DNA of 64,000 nucleotides, taken from assembly GCA_963693365.1 (NCBI GenBank), contig CAVNZM010000017.1:1465989-1529988 (forward strand), given 5' to 3'. Below are positions 45,028 to 64,000 of this stretch, piece by piece. This DNA comes from Amoebidium appalachense (taxonomy: Eukaryota; Protista; Ichthyosporea). The notes below the pieces were generated by a model, which saw only the letters and a list, made by a program, of their open reading frames with translations, ran no database searches and had not been told where the DNA came from. Position numbers and translations under genes: made by a program. Numbering within the stretch: position 1 is the first letter of the stretch; the number at the start of each line of letters is the position of its first letter.

Positions 45028-46184
45028 TTGGTCAATATGGACGACCCCTCAAAATCTCCCGACCGCTCACTAAGTATGCAACGGTGCGTCGCTGCAGTTT
45101 CGACGAAGCTTGCTGCGACCAACTGCACGGCACCTGACACCAACTGCACGGCACCTGACCCAGGTACTGGGAGGCTCAACACTCACAATTTCAAAACATT
45201 CGCCACCACACTAGGCAGCAGGGAGCTGCAACATCTTTCACAATTGCAATGGCTAGACGACGGTATAACTTGTGAAAATGTCCAGGAATACGCCGATGGT
45301 TTCTGCATTGCTCACTTGTTGTGGTGAAACGTAAATTCGAGCCTCCACCCAGGAAGTACCCACTGCCCATTCACCAAGAGGTTTCGTCCGGCAAGAGTGA
45401 CAAACCCACCTGTCTTCTCACAAGCAGCATGAGGGAAAGATGGGAGGAGGTGCGCTCACTACCCGAGAACTCGAAGGTGTGCGCTAGCTGCAACAAGTAT
45501 TACTACCAACATCTGAGCTCGCCCAGTCGTAAACGCCGTCGCACCACTCCAGACCAGGAGGTCATGTGTGATCATCATCCTCTACGCCAGGTCACCCTTT
45601 TAGCCCAACATCAGACCCCTTCCCTCAACGGTACTACACCTCCAACCACCACCACGGCGACCATTCACATAGGCGGAACTGTAACCTTTAAGCGCGTGGC
45701 TGGTGAGAGAGTTGAAGATGATGTTTATATTCTCTCAACCACAAATGGGGCCGAGTCCGTTGTCGTTACCCACAAAGTGATGACGGACATGGTTGAGGAA
45801 TGCTTGCACCGGTTGGTTTCTGCGTTAGCAGCCGAATTGGCTGCACGGAGGGAAAGAGGGGAGGACACTGACTTCGACCCTGCTGCTTTCCGTGAAATAG
45901 CCGACGCCTGCGCGCCGGGTCTGATGGACATGCTGGAGAACTCCATGAGGGGAAAATCTTTAGACACTCGAGCACATGTTTCCCCACATGAAACACACGG
46001 CAACACGCAGAGTTGTGCAGCGAAGACTGCTGTAAATTTTAAAGCAGTGACTGTTGCCACCATATTGGTAAATGAGTACAACGCACGTTCTAGGCAGTTT
46101 CGGGAAAACGGCACCGTGATTATGAACGGTGGTGGCTTGGCTCAGTTTGCCATTGAAGTTATGGCGAGGCTGGTTTTGCTGTAG
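45028..46184 (+). mobile_element. Intronless, disrupted ORFs resembling the N-terminal part of a DNA-transposon-associated protein (DUF6589-like)
   Basis: Microsatellite-free 1.15-kb block; Cys/His motifs FCIAH and KVCASC; VATILVNEYNARSRQFRENGTVIMNGGGL..AIEVMARL resembles the helical segment of such proteins; frameshift near 45321; truncated by (GA)n. Confidence 0.4.
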
Positions 46185-46234
46185 TCATTCTGTTTAACAT
46201 GTGCAGAAGGAGCGAGAGAGAGAGAGGGAGAGAG

Positions 46235-46307
<73 letters not shown>

Positions 46308-46394
46308 GAGAGAGATCTCGAGAAGGGGGGAGGAGGGGAGAGAGAGAGGGAGAAAGAGAGAGAGAGAGAGAGAGAGAGGAAAGAAGGAGAGAGA

Positions 46395-46523
<129 letters not shown>

Positions 46524-46556
46524 AAGAGAAGGAGAGATCTAGAGAGACAGATGGAC

Positions 46557-46587
<31 letters not shown>

Positions 46588-47358
46588 GATAGAGAGATGT
46601 TTCCCTTAAGGTGAACGTGTGGAAAGCAAAGCGAAAAACAGAAATACAAGATGCTTCTTCCTTGGTGTGCTGCAAGTATAATAAAGCTGGCGAAATCCTC
46701 ATTTTCACGATCAGGTACTCACTTCGGTTTTCTTATGATGTGCTCATAGTGCTTTTAACTAAGTTCATGCTCAGTTGTTCAAACGGACAGAGCTTTTGAG
46801 GTGATGGTGGTTGTGGGTGCGTGTTGCTTGTTGCATGGTGTGTTCAGATGGGTAGCTTGCACTACCCTGTAAAAATGTGTAGGTAGCAGGGTGGAGGGGA
46901 GGGGAGTATGGTGCCACGTAATGTGATGTTTACAAGGTGGGCGGAGGATGCGGGTGTTTTTTTTTTTTTTTTTTGGAGAGAGGGGGGGGGGGGGGACTGC
47001 CCGAAAAAAGTGATGAAAAACCGTAACAGCCTATTCCTCGTGAACTTGTTCTGTGTAGTTCGGCACAAATCAGCACGGCAAAAGTTTGATGCATGTATAT
47101 TCCTCTTTTTTTATTGTTTGTTTATTATGTATCATACACGATGTAGCTCTACAAGATTGATCGATCTGACCTACATACACCACTTACAAGCCAAAACATA
47201 CACAACCACAGTGCTTCACAAATTTATCATGTTTTTGAGCCTATCTACTTGACGTACACAGACACTATATATCTCCAATCTCCAACCTCACAACCTTCAA
47301 CCACCAAGCGAACGAGAGTAAAAATCCTTACACACCCACTCAAATCCTACACGACACA

Positions 47359-47564
47359 TCACTTTTTCCCGCCCGTAGGACCCTGTGTGCGTGCCTTTTC
47401 CTTTGCTTTCTCCACCAAGGGCATAAGCTGCCCTCTCTCAGCAAGCAGTCGCAGTGTGTTGATGAAGAAGGGAATGTAGTTGTGTTTTCTTCGTACATTT
47501 TTCCAACTGTTGGGGATTAAAGTGGGATGGTGGTCAGGACTCTGGTTTTCGTTTTCTGCTTGCT

Positions 47565-47614
<50 letters not shown>

Positions 47615-49561
47615 ACACACAAACAAACCCCCCCCCCCCCCCCCCCCCCGCGCCAAAAAAAAAAAAAAAAAAAAAAAAAAACACCCACACACACGCGCGC
47701 GCGTACACATAGACACAGACACAAACACACACACACACACACAGACACACAGACACAAACACACACACACACATACTCAACCCCTCCCCCCCTCCTCCTC
47801 CCCCTCCCTCGCCACACACACACACCAGCACGCGCATGCGCTCACAGCCACACTCTCACAAACACCACCACCATCACCCCATCCAAACACCCACCCACCC
47901 ACCCACTCACCACAACCACATCCACATTCACATTCCTTATTTTTCTCCTATGGAGCCATCATATTTGTGTTTACTATCATTCTGGCTGCGGGGGAGTGCA
48001 CGTGTGTGGATGTGCCTGTGCACACACACGTGCGTGTGTGTGTGTGTATGTCTATGGATGTGCGCATGCCAATCACACACAGCCTGTATGGTTGCTTGGG
48101 TGCTTGGATGTACGTTTGTGTGCACGTGTGTGCACATGTGTGTGTGCGTGTGTGTGTGTACGTGACTGCGTGCTTGTGCGCTGTGTGTGTGTACGGGTGT
48201 ACGCGTCGTGTGTGTGTGTGTGCATGTGCATGCATATATTTTTTTGTGTTTGTTGTTGCGTGGGTTTTTTCTACCTTGTAGTTTTCCAACTTTCTGTCCT
48301 CTGCTCTGATCCGTTCTTGCAAATCCTCGATCATGGTGTCGATGTCCTGCCCATCAACGTCCATGGCACTGCCGCTCTATAAACGAGGAAAAGGGGAAAT
48401 GTGTTCGTGAGAAAAAGGGATATATACGAGCAAAGAGGGAAATGTGGGAGTAAGAATAAGGAATATACGAGGGGAAAGGGAAATACGGAAGTAAGAATAG
48501 GGGAACATGGAAGTAAGAATAGGAGATATACATATACGAGGGAAAGCGGAAATACGGAAGTAAGAAATTCGAATAGTGGATATATATGAGGGGAGAGGGA
48601 AACACGGAAGTAGGAATAGTGGATATATGAGCCAAGGAGGAAATATGGAAGTAAGAATAATGGATATATACGAAGGAAGAGGGACACGTGAGCTTAAGAA
48701 AGAAGGATGTATGCGAGGGAAGCGGGAAATGTGCGGGTAAGAATAAGGGATTTACACGAGGAAAGATGGGAATGTGCAAGTGAGAATATGGGATATATAC
48801 GAGGGAAGATGGGAATGTCCAGGTGTGAACCAGTGATGAAGCGAGGGAAAGGTGGAGTGTGCGGGTGTGCATCAGAGAATATAGAGGGGAAAAGAAATGG
48901 TGTGAGAGAACATGAGAGATAAAAATGAGAGAATGGGAAGGCGTGTGCAAGAAAGTCAGAGAAAAGAGCAAGAGACAGTACATGTTTGAGTGAGAATTAG
49001 AGATGAAAAAGAGGGATAAGGTGAAACGTGTGGATGTAAAAGGGAAACTGAAAGTGTGGCGTGAAACCTATGGGCTCGGAATGCAAAGTTTAGAGCTCCG
49101 TCCATGTTTGTGTCTGCAGATGCTGAACACAATCGAGCCCAATAGACTAGTTAGGCACGAGTGTGTGACGTGTGTGTGTGTGTGTGTGTGGGCGTGTGCG
49201 TGGGGTTGTGTGTACATCCAGATGTGCTGTACATGTGTGTGTGTTCATGTTCGCGACCCACGTACCTGTATGCAGGGGTTGCTTCTGTGTGCGTGTGTGT
49301 CTCTGTGTGTGCGCACGCACGTGTTTTTTTTGTGCGCGCACACGTGTGTGTGTGCGCGCACGTATGTGTCCGTGTTTGTACGTGCCCGTGCGTTATGTGA
49401 AGGAAAAAATCCCCACCTCTTTTTGCCTCTTCAAATCTTCTAACTGAGTGGTGTACATGGCCTTGCGATCTCCGATCACTGCCATCAGATTGAACCGGAT
49501 CTCATCGGCTGAATACCTGAAGACAGAAAACATGAATTAGGTCAGTTAATACAGTGGAGAT

Positions 49562-49641
<80 letters not shown>

Positions 49642-49739
49642 GAGACGGAGAGAGAGATGAGAGACAGTGAAGAAGTACATGTGCCTGCACAAGTACACAC
49701 ACTTGAACTTAATAGAGAAGGAGGAGGGAGAGGGTGTGT

Positions 49740-49770
<31 letters not shown>

Positions 49771-49775
49771 GGGGG

Positions 49776-49809
<34 letters not shown>

Positions 49810-50699
49810 CGAAAAAGGAAATACTATTACAGACCAACTACTATAATGCCGAAAGGGTCGGTGGGTGGGAGCCCCTGTTGTGTGCTTGTACCCTAACACC
49901 CTTCTAACGAAGCACCACCACCACCACACACATCATCCCAGCTAGCGCCCACACACACACAATTTGTAACAAATAATCGATCATCACATACACGACGTCA
50001 TGCCCCCCCTTCCCCACCCCCTACCTACCCACCCGACACGCGCGCACGCACACACACACACAACACACACTCACACACATGAACTCTCGCACTTCCCCTC
50101 AGCCCCTCAACCCCCTCCCTCTTCCCCCCTTCTCGTGTTGGTAAAATGCACACACCATCACCACCAACACCACCACCCATCTATCCTTGCCCGCAACAGC
50201 AGGTGCATACACCAACATGTCAACTGAAGTCTTTGCACAACAACCAAAAACCCTAGAGCCTTCTTCCCCGATCTCTAATCGGTTTAGATCCGGGACACCT
50301 ACTTTTGAATACGCTGCTCTATTGCCGGTGCTGCTACCTTCAGCCAATTATCACCCACCGGGCCTGGAAGTGCATGTCAGCAGGAGTAAATTAAAAAAAA
50401 ATTAAGAACCAAAAACATGGGGAATTAACTATTATACTCAAAACATGATAAGTGTACATTTCATCACCGACCGGGCCTGGGAAGCGCATGCCAGCAGGAA
50501 TGCAATAAAATGAATAAAATAAAGCATGTGTTTGGGAATGGGGTACCATATATACAGTTATATAGTTAGACATTGGAACATTGGCTTCTATATGTATGGC
50601 GAGTCCCTTTTCAGTAACTCATGGAAGGGTTGGTCGACGCCGTAACTGGAAGATGCAATGTGTGTGTGTGTGTCTCTCTCTCTCTCTCTCTCTCCCTCC

Positions 50700-50736
<37 letters not shown>

Positions 50737-50894
50737 TGCGTGTGTGTGTGTCCGTGCGTGTGTGTCTGTGTGTGTGTGTGTTCGTGTATGTGTCTTTGAT
50801 TATGTGTATGAGTAAAGTGAGTGTGACAGAGAGAGAGAAAGAGAGGGAGAGGGGGGGGGGGGGGGGGGGGGAGGGGGGGGGGGGGGGGGGGGGG

Positions 50895-50937
<43 letters not shown>

Positions 50938-51263
50938 TGTGTGTGTGTGTACGCGCGCATGGTGTCTGTGGGCTCGCACGCGCGTGTGTGTTTGCGTTTG
51001 CGCGTTTGCGCTTGTGCGCATATGCATATGTGTGCCTATGTCTCTCTGCGTACATGTATACACAAGCACATACCCAAATCCACGGGGCCTGGTTTCAACC
51101 CGTCCAGTTCATAGAGCCTACCATCCACAGGCACATAGGCCACAAAGTGGAATGCATCTTCCTCTTTGCCCATGCGCTTATCATCCTCCATCAGGAACGC
51201 ATCCGGCCTAGAGGGGGTGGGGGGAGGGGGGAAGGGGGGGAGAGCGATGGTTTTTTTTTTTTT

Positions 51264-51294
<31 letters not shown>

Positions 51295-51986
51295 GGGGTT
51301 GGCTGGTTAGAACGTGGTATAATGTACGAAGTATGCAATGTGCGTGTGGCAGCAGTGGTCGTGGAGTGGTGGCAGGCGGGCGGGTGCACGCATGTGTGTT
51401 TGTGCGTGTGTGCGTGTGTGTGTGCGTGCGCGCGTGCCCGTGTGTGTGTGTGTGTGTGTGTGTGTGTTGGGGGGAAAGGGGGCATGAGCTATGATTCGTT
51501 AAGCAGTGATCAGTACCAGGATCAATTTGTGTATCATAGGTATCATGGTCAAGATGTGGTGAAACATTTCCGTATTTCCCTAAAAGGATGAAGCAGGAAG
51601 GAAGGAGGAAGAGGAAGGAGGGGCGGTGGGTGGGTGGGTGGGTGGGTGTGTGTGTATGTATGGGGGGGGGGGGGGGGGGGGGGGGGGTTCCAACCGTGAG
51701 AAACTGTTGTGCACTTCTCTGATTTTACTCGAGTTGCCGATCGCAGTCCCCTTAAGCTGGAGCAGGGAGGGGGGGGGGGGGGGGGGGGGGGGGGGAGTAG
51801 AAGTGTCAGGAACGGAACATGAAACTGAAGCTTCTGACATGCAGTACATGTGGCTGGTGCAGGGAGGAGGGAGGGAACCCGGGGGGGGGGGGACTTCCCA
51901 AATGAAAATAAAGGAAGGGGAGGGGAACAAGGGGAGAGGTGGGAGGGTGGGGAGACAGACAGATGGTTGGGGGGAGCGGGGGGGAG

Positions 51987-52052
<66 letters not shown>

Positions 52053-52710
52053 GGGGAGGGGGAGGGGGAGAGAGAGAGAGACACGCACGAGAAAGAAGGG
52101 CGCGGGGGAGGGCGGGGGGGGGGGGGGGGGGGGGGGAAGGGGAGGGCTGAGGGGGAAAGAGAGCGGACCAAGGTAGGGAGAACAGGGAGAGGGAGGGTGT
52201 GTGTGTGTGTGTGTATAAGAAGGTACGGGAGAAGGGGTAGATAGGAGGGGTTGGGAGAATAGGGAGATAGTGGTGGGGATGGTGGGGCGGTGGGGGGAGG
52301 GGTGGAGGGGCACGAGTGTAACCTAAGCTGCTTTGAACCCATAGACAACAAACTACAAACCATCCCCGGGGTAAGGGTGGACAGACAGGCTAGCAGGCAG
52401 TCAGGTAGTCTGCGCAGAAAGGGGTGCCGGGGGGAGGAGGGGGCAGACGGGAGGTTGGGGGGAAGGGAGGGAGGGGCGCCGGGAGTGGGGGGAGGGGGGA
52501 GGTGGGTATGCGGTACCTCTGGTGGGAATTCAGCGACAAATGTCTTGAACTCTGTAAGGTCGGGACCAAGGTCGATTGTGGGGCAGTTCATGAGGATACT
52601 GAGAATGGCCTGGGTAGCACAAGCATTTTGGATCACCTGCACGTGGGGGGGGGAGGGGGGGGGGGGGGGGTTAGAGTGCATTATAAAGTACTTAAGTGTG
52701 TGTGTGTAAT

Positions 52711-52793
<83 letters not shown>

Positions 52794-53966
52794 CGCGCGC
52801 ATGTGCGTGTGTGTGTACAACATTGTCTCATGTTATTAACAAACTGGGCGGAGAAAAGGAACCTCGCCAATTCTCCCCCCGCCCCGCCTTTTCCCCACCA
52901 CCCCCACCTACCAATACACCTACCCAACAATCGACATCCCTCATCCTAAACACACTCACACATCTGTCCAACCCCCCAACTGCACCCACAAACCCTCATC
53001 CACGGCCACACCCCTACACACACACCCACACACCCAAACCCACAACCCTGCACCCACACCCATTCACACATCTCTACCCCCCCCCCCCCCCTAATGCCCG
53101 AAACCCCCCCCCCCCCCCCCCCCCTCAAACACACAGATGCCCACACCCCGACACCCACATCACACCTACCCACACCTCACCCATTCCCACACCTCTACCT
53201 TCCCTCCCCCCCCCTTCCCCCCCCCAGCACACACACAAACACACACACACACACACACCTGCTGTGCAAAGAACACGTTAGGAGCATCGACCACGGCTGT
53301 TTGCTGGTCGGCCGTAGGGGCCACCCACTTGAACAGAAAGATCAACCCGTGTACTGGCCTGCATGAGGGAGGGGAGAGAGGAGGGGAGGGGGGAAGGGGG
53401 GAGGGGGAGGGTTGGGTATAAATGATCGGGGGGATTTGGATCTCACTCCAGTTTTTGGGGGGAGGAGGGGAAGGGATTGGTCACACTGTCTGGGGAGGGG
53501 GTGAATACAGGGGGGGAAAGGGGGGAGGGGGGAGAGGGGGAGTTAGACGTGTTATACAGCCAAGCTGAGATTAAAAGGTTGTCAGATCAAACTGTAATTT
53601 GGCAGTCCAGTGTTTCACTCTTCGATTCCCCGTTTCTGTAACACACACTCGCATCCCTTCCCCACTCCCTCCCCCCCCTCCCTCTCTTCGGTAATTGCTT
53701 TGTTCTATTTACTTTCTTGTTTTTGGGTGAGGTTGCCGGTGGGGGAGAGGGGAAGGGGAGGGGGGGGGGAGGGGGAGGGGGGGGGAAGGGGAGACGGGGG
53801 GAAAGGGAGGAGACTGGCTTGGGGCGGGTGGGGTGGGGCTGGCGGGGGCGAAGCGAGGGAAAAAAGCAAATGTGGTCGGAGCACGAGGGCAGATGTGTGT
53901 GTTTGTGCGACAAACACCATTCTCCCTCCCTCCCTCAGTCTCTCCCGCTCTCCGCCTCTCTCTCTC

Positions 53967-54003
<37 letters not shown>

Positions 54004-54029
54004 GCTCTCTCTCCCCCTCTCCCCCTGGG

Positions 54030-54102
<73 letters not shown>

Positions 54103-54780
54103 TCTCCCCCTCCCCCCCCCCCCCCCCCTTCTCTCTCTCTGTGTGTGTGTTTTCACGTGTACATGTAGCGCAGAAACTCTGCTATGTGCACCTGTATCAG
54201 TCGGTGTGCATGGATAAGTACGGAAAAGTCAACCCAGCAAGAAGTTCTCTATCTCAGCTTTCAAGAAGAGCTTGGAGCCATGAAAGTTCGCCAAGACGAG
54301 GGAAAGTGCAAAGGGAGTCTCTGGAGGGAGCTAGGAGAAAGGAGGGGGGAGGGGAAGGGGGGGGGGGGGGGGGAGGGGGGGGGGGGCGCGGGACCATGTG
54401 AGGGAGAGAAAGGGCAAACACGTACTTCAGCTCGTTCAGGCTGTATTCGTCCAGGCTGTAGAGCTCTTCCACCTGTGCATCCTTCACGCCTGAAGAAGAA
54501 AAAAAAAGGGGAAAAAAAACTTCTTAATTTAGGGGAAAACGGCTGCAGAGCAAGGAGCGCCCAGAAGGTGTAAGCCAAATTAAAATCTCATCCAACAACG
54601 CTAAAGTTTGCTTTTGTTCCTGGTAATCTCCCAGAAGGTAAAATGGAGCAATAAAAGGTGGGCAAGACAATTTTCTCGGAAAGGAGAGCTTAAGGCAAGT
54701 TGGGCTGGTGGTGGGGAGGAGAGGTAGGAAGTGACAGAACAGAAGTCCTGGGCCGGATTGAGTTTGTGTGTGTTGTGGGT

Positions 54781-54815
<35 letters not shown>

Positions 54816-55088
54816 GGGGGGGGGGGGGAGGGGGGTAGAGGCCCGGGAGACGGGAAGGGGCAATGATTGTAGAAGTGAGAACGAAAGTGGTGGGAGAGGA
54901 GCGGGGGGGAAGAGGGAGGGGGGAGGGGAGGGGAGGCAGAGGGGGGAGGGGGGGGGGGGGGGAGGGGGGGGAGGGGGGGGGGGGGGGGAGGGGGAGGGGG
55001 GAGGGGGGACGCAACCAAGTTCACGAATAAGTTCCGTGAAGACTCCTGGATCGCTCTCTATAAGGCACCAAGCACCAGACCCAGCCAT
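47359..55088 (-). CDS. UCHL5: Ubiquitin C-terminal hydrolase L5 (UCH37), ~320 aa; exons 55088-55016, 54489-54426, 53358-53259, 52636-52517, 51756-51695, 51207-51074, 50363-50303, 49516-49417, 48376-48275, 47506-47359
   Basis: [44 protein letters not shown] (catalytic Cys), [18 protein letters not shown] (His/Asp), [19 protein letters not shown]. One extra base in a homopolymer at 47498-47502. Confidence 0.96.
48378..48800 (-). repeat. Minisatellite (~45-bp unit, about 9 copies) abutting the UCHL5 exon-9 acceptor
   Basis: Repeated ggaaat(a/g)(c/t)ggaagtaagaata.tggatatatacgagggga; the first unit contains the real acceptor (ctataaacgaggaaaagggg). Confidence 0.85.
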
Positions 55089-55236
55089 TTTGTCTTTTTC
55101 AAGAAGCAGTAATATACGCCTGTGGCTTAATGTTACCACAACATTATTCAAATTTGTAAATCCGTCTGTTTTTGTCAAAAGTTAGCGCGGCTCTGAGTCA
55201 ATCATGCATCATGCTGCATTGCACGCAAGCCAACAG

Positions 55237-55520
55237 TGAGCCGCTTTGCGTGGATGTAGATATCTAAATACTCGGCGAATTTAGAGAACCAATGCCGTTC
55301 TCTAAATATCTAAAAGTCTGCTCGATTCGTGTAGAGCAGTTTAGAAACTGGATTATCTAGATTTTCTTACAGAGGTGCGCCCATCTGGAAAAGGGTCGAA
55401 ATCAATCTAGATTTTAAAGCAAGCTTTAAACATTTAACAAATCGATCGGATTGCAAACGTTTAATACGTAAATTTAACAATCTAGATATTTAGATATCTA
55501 GATCCACGCGAAGCGGTTCA
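55237..55520. mobile_element. MITE with 34-bp terminal inverted repeats in the UCHL5/RAP1 divergent promoter region
   Basis: Left tgagccgctttgcgtggatgtagatatctaaata; reverse complement of the right end tgaaccgcttcgcgtggatctagatatctaaata (31/34). Internal tctaga/tctaaat repeats; TSD not clear. Confidence 0.82.
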
Positions 55521-56265
55521 GTTTCAAAAAGGAGCCATTTGGATCAGTTCTCAACGGCCAATGTAATCACTTCAATGGTTTTAAAATAATCATTAAACTC
55601 AAAAAAGAATCTCTTAAAGCACCTAAATGTGTATATCATTAGCTGCGATGTAAGTAATATGTTTTGGTGTGTTCTCAGCCAATCAAAGTTTTCAAAGCTC
55701 GGAGTTTGGAATTTCCGCGTTCCTCATAGTCACAGCCTCGTTTTATCGTGAACCGTTACCAAGTTTCACACAGACTAGGCTACAGACAGAAAACGTGAGC
55801 AATAAGAAAGAGTAGAAAGATTATAAGAAAGAGAACAACATAAGGAGTTTTAATTAGCGAGGCTAGGTCTATTTTTACGCTGTTAAAGGTAATATGCTGC
55901 TGCGTTTTTCAGCTTGGGTTGGCTTCTGGTGTTGTTGGACTTTATGGTTGTAGGGATTCCCAAAAACCGTATGGAGTCTTACCTTTCTTTCTTTATTTTA
56001 TCAATTTTATAGCTTTATTCAAGAGCTTTTTTCTATTGTTGCTTTAGCTCTATGCTTTAAGCATGTAAATGCTACATTCTGCCCTATGCCGAAAGGTCTG
56101 CAAAGCAGGCACCCAGACACTGTCAAACCCCCTTCTTCCACTTTTTCACTGCTGAGGCTACGGTGTTACTTCTCTCTTCCATTCCCTTCTAAACGAGCCA
56201 GTACATACAACAGTTACTAACCTATTCCTTTCTTAAACCAGGAAATTACATAGCAAACCGCCAGC

Positions 56266-63139
<6,874 letters not shown>

Positions 63140-63619
63140 AGAAACACCCGTGTTTTCACTTCGTTGTATATGCACATAGCAAGAATTTTTAGGCTTTCCG
63201 GTTTTTCTACCCGTGTTTTTGCACTCCTTGCTCTTTTCTTGTTCTTATTTGATTATAGCTTAGCAGCACGGTTGTCGGCATATGAAATTTATTCGAAATA
63301 TATTGAACACTTTGGTACATACATTCATACATACGACCCATACCTTGACATAGAGACATACATACGCACAGTTACTAGTGATTAAACTTTTCAACGCACA
63401 CATTCAACACGTGCAAACACATGCAAACCAAGTCTCCGAGTTACTCATCATGATTGGTTTACACGAGATTTCAAGATTCACATGGCGCTGGTTTGTATAG
63501 GATAGCTGCTTATGAGCAAAACTTGATCCCTGGTGTAGGATCTGTCCTTGAAATCTCCAACTGCAATAAACTGTGGCACTTTGCTGTGGCACTGGTCCTG
63601 CTCATGATTATTGGCCCAT

Positions 63620-63658
<39 letters not shown>

Positions 63659-64000
63659 AAAAAAAAAAAAACACAAAACACACACACACACAGGCACACA
63701 GCAAAACCACCACCACACACCCACACGGACACACGCGCACATCTATTCACCACAATGTCATGTACACGACGTATCCACACATGCGTGCAGGCACCTACAC
63801 AGAAGCCTGGCCAACTGCCACTTTACACACGCCAACTAACCAAGTGCACAGCTGCTTCACTGTACTCACATTGATGCTATTACTGGCCCCCGGCCTTTTG
63901 GCACATGCGCGCGTGTTGATGAACGCACGAATGCACAAGTTTCTGGCTGAAATTCTGTCGGACCGCAACAAGTTCACAGCGAATAATTATCACATCTTTC

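Overview
Intron-rich eukaryotic DNA, saturated with poly(C)/poly(G), (CA)n, (CT)n and (GCAC)n tracts. Almost all long ORFs in the supplied track are microsatellite artefacts. The real genes are spliced, and I reconstructed them by hand from GT-AG boundaries and exon phase. They are: a non-canonical poly(A) polymerase (5' end not found), a frameshifted protein-kinase fragment, a small DOT1-like SAM methyltransferase divergent from a p24-gamma (TMED3/7-like) gene, LCLAT1 (9 exons, including a 10-nt micro-exon), and UCHL5/UCH37 divergent from RAP1 with a MITE between them. Two features stand out. (1) A dispersed, 5'-truncated repeat family sits inside poly(C) tracts. Its two longest copies (13721-13969 +, 35423-35704 -) share a ~165-nt pseudoknotted fold supported by compensatory substitutions, and a Penelope-like (Naiad/Chlamys-type) RT C-terminal relic lies nearby at 11525-11797. 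(2) Three genes carry tandem partial copies of exon edges that retain splice sites in the adjacent introns. Three single-base disruptions in otherwise intact genes suggest residual indel errors in the assembly. All family assignments come from motif recognition, not database searches.
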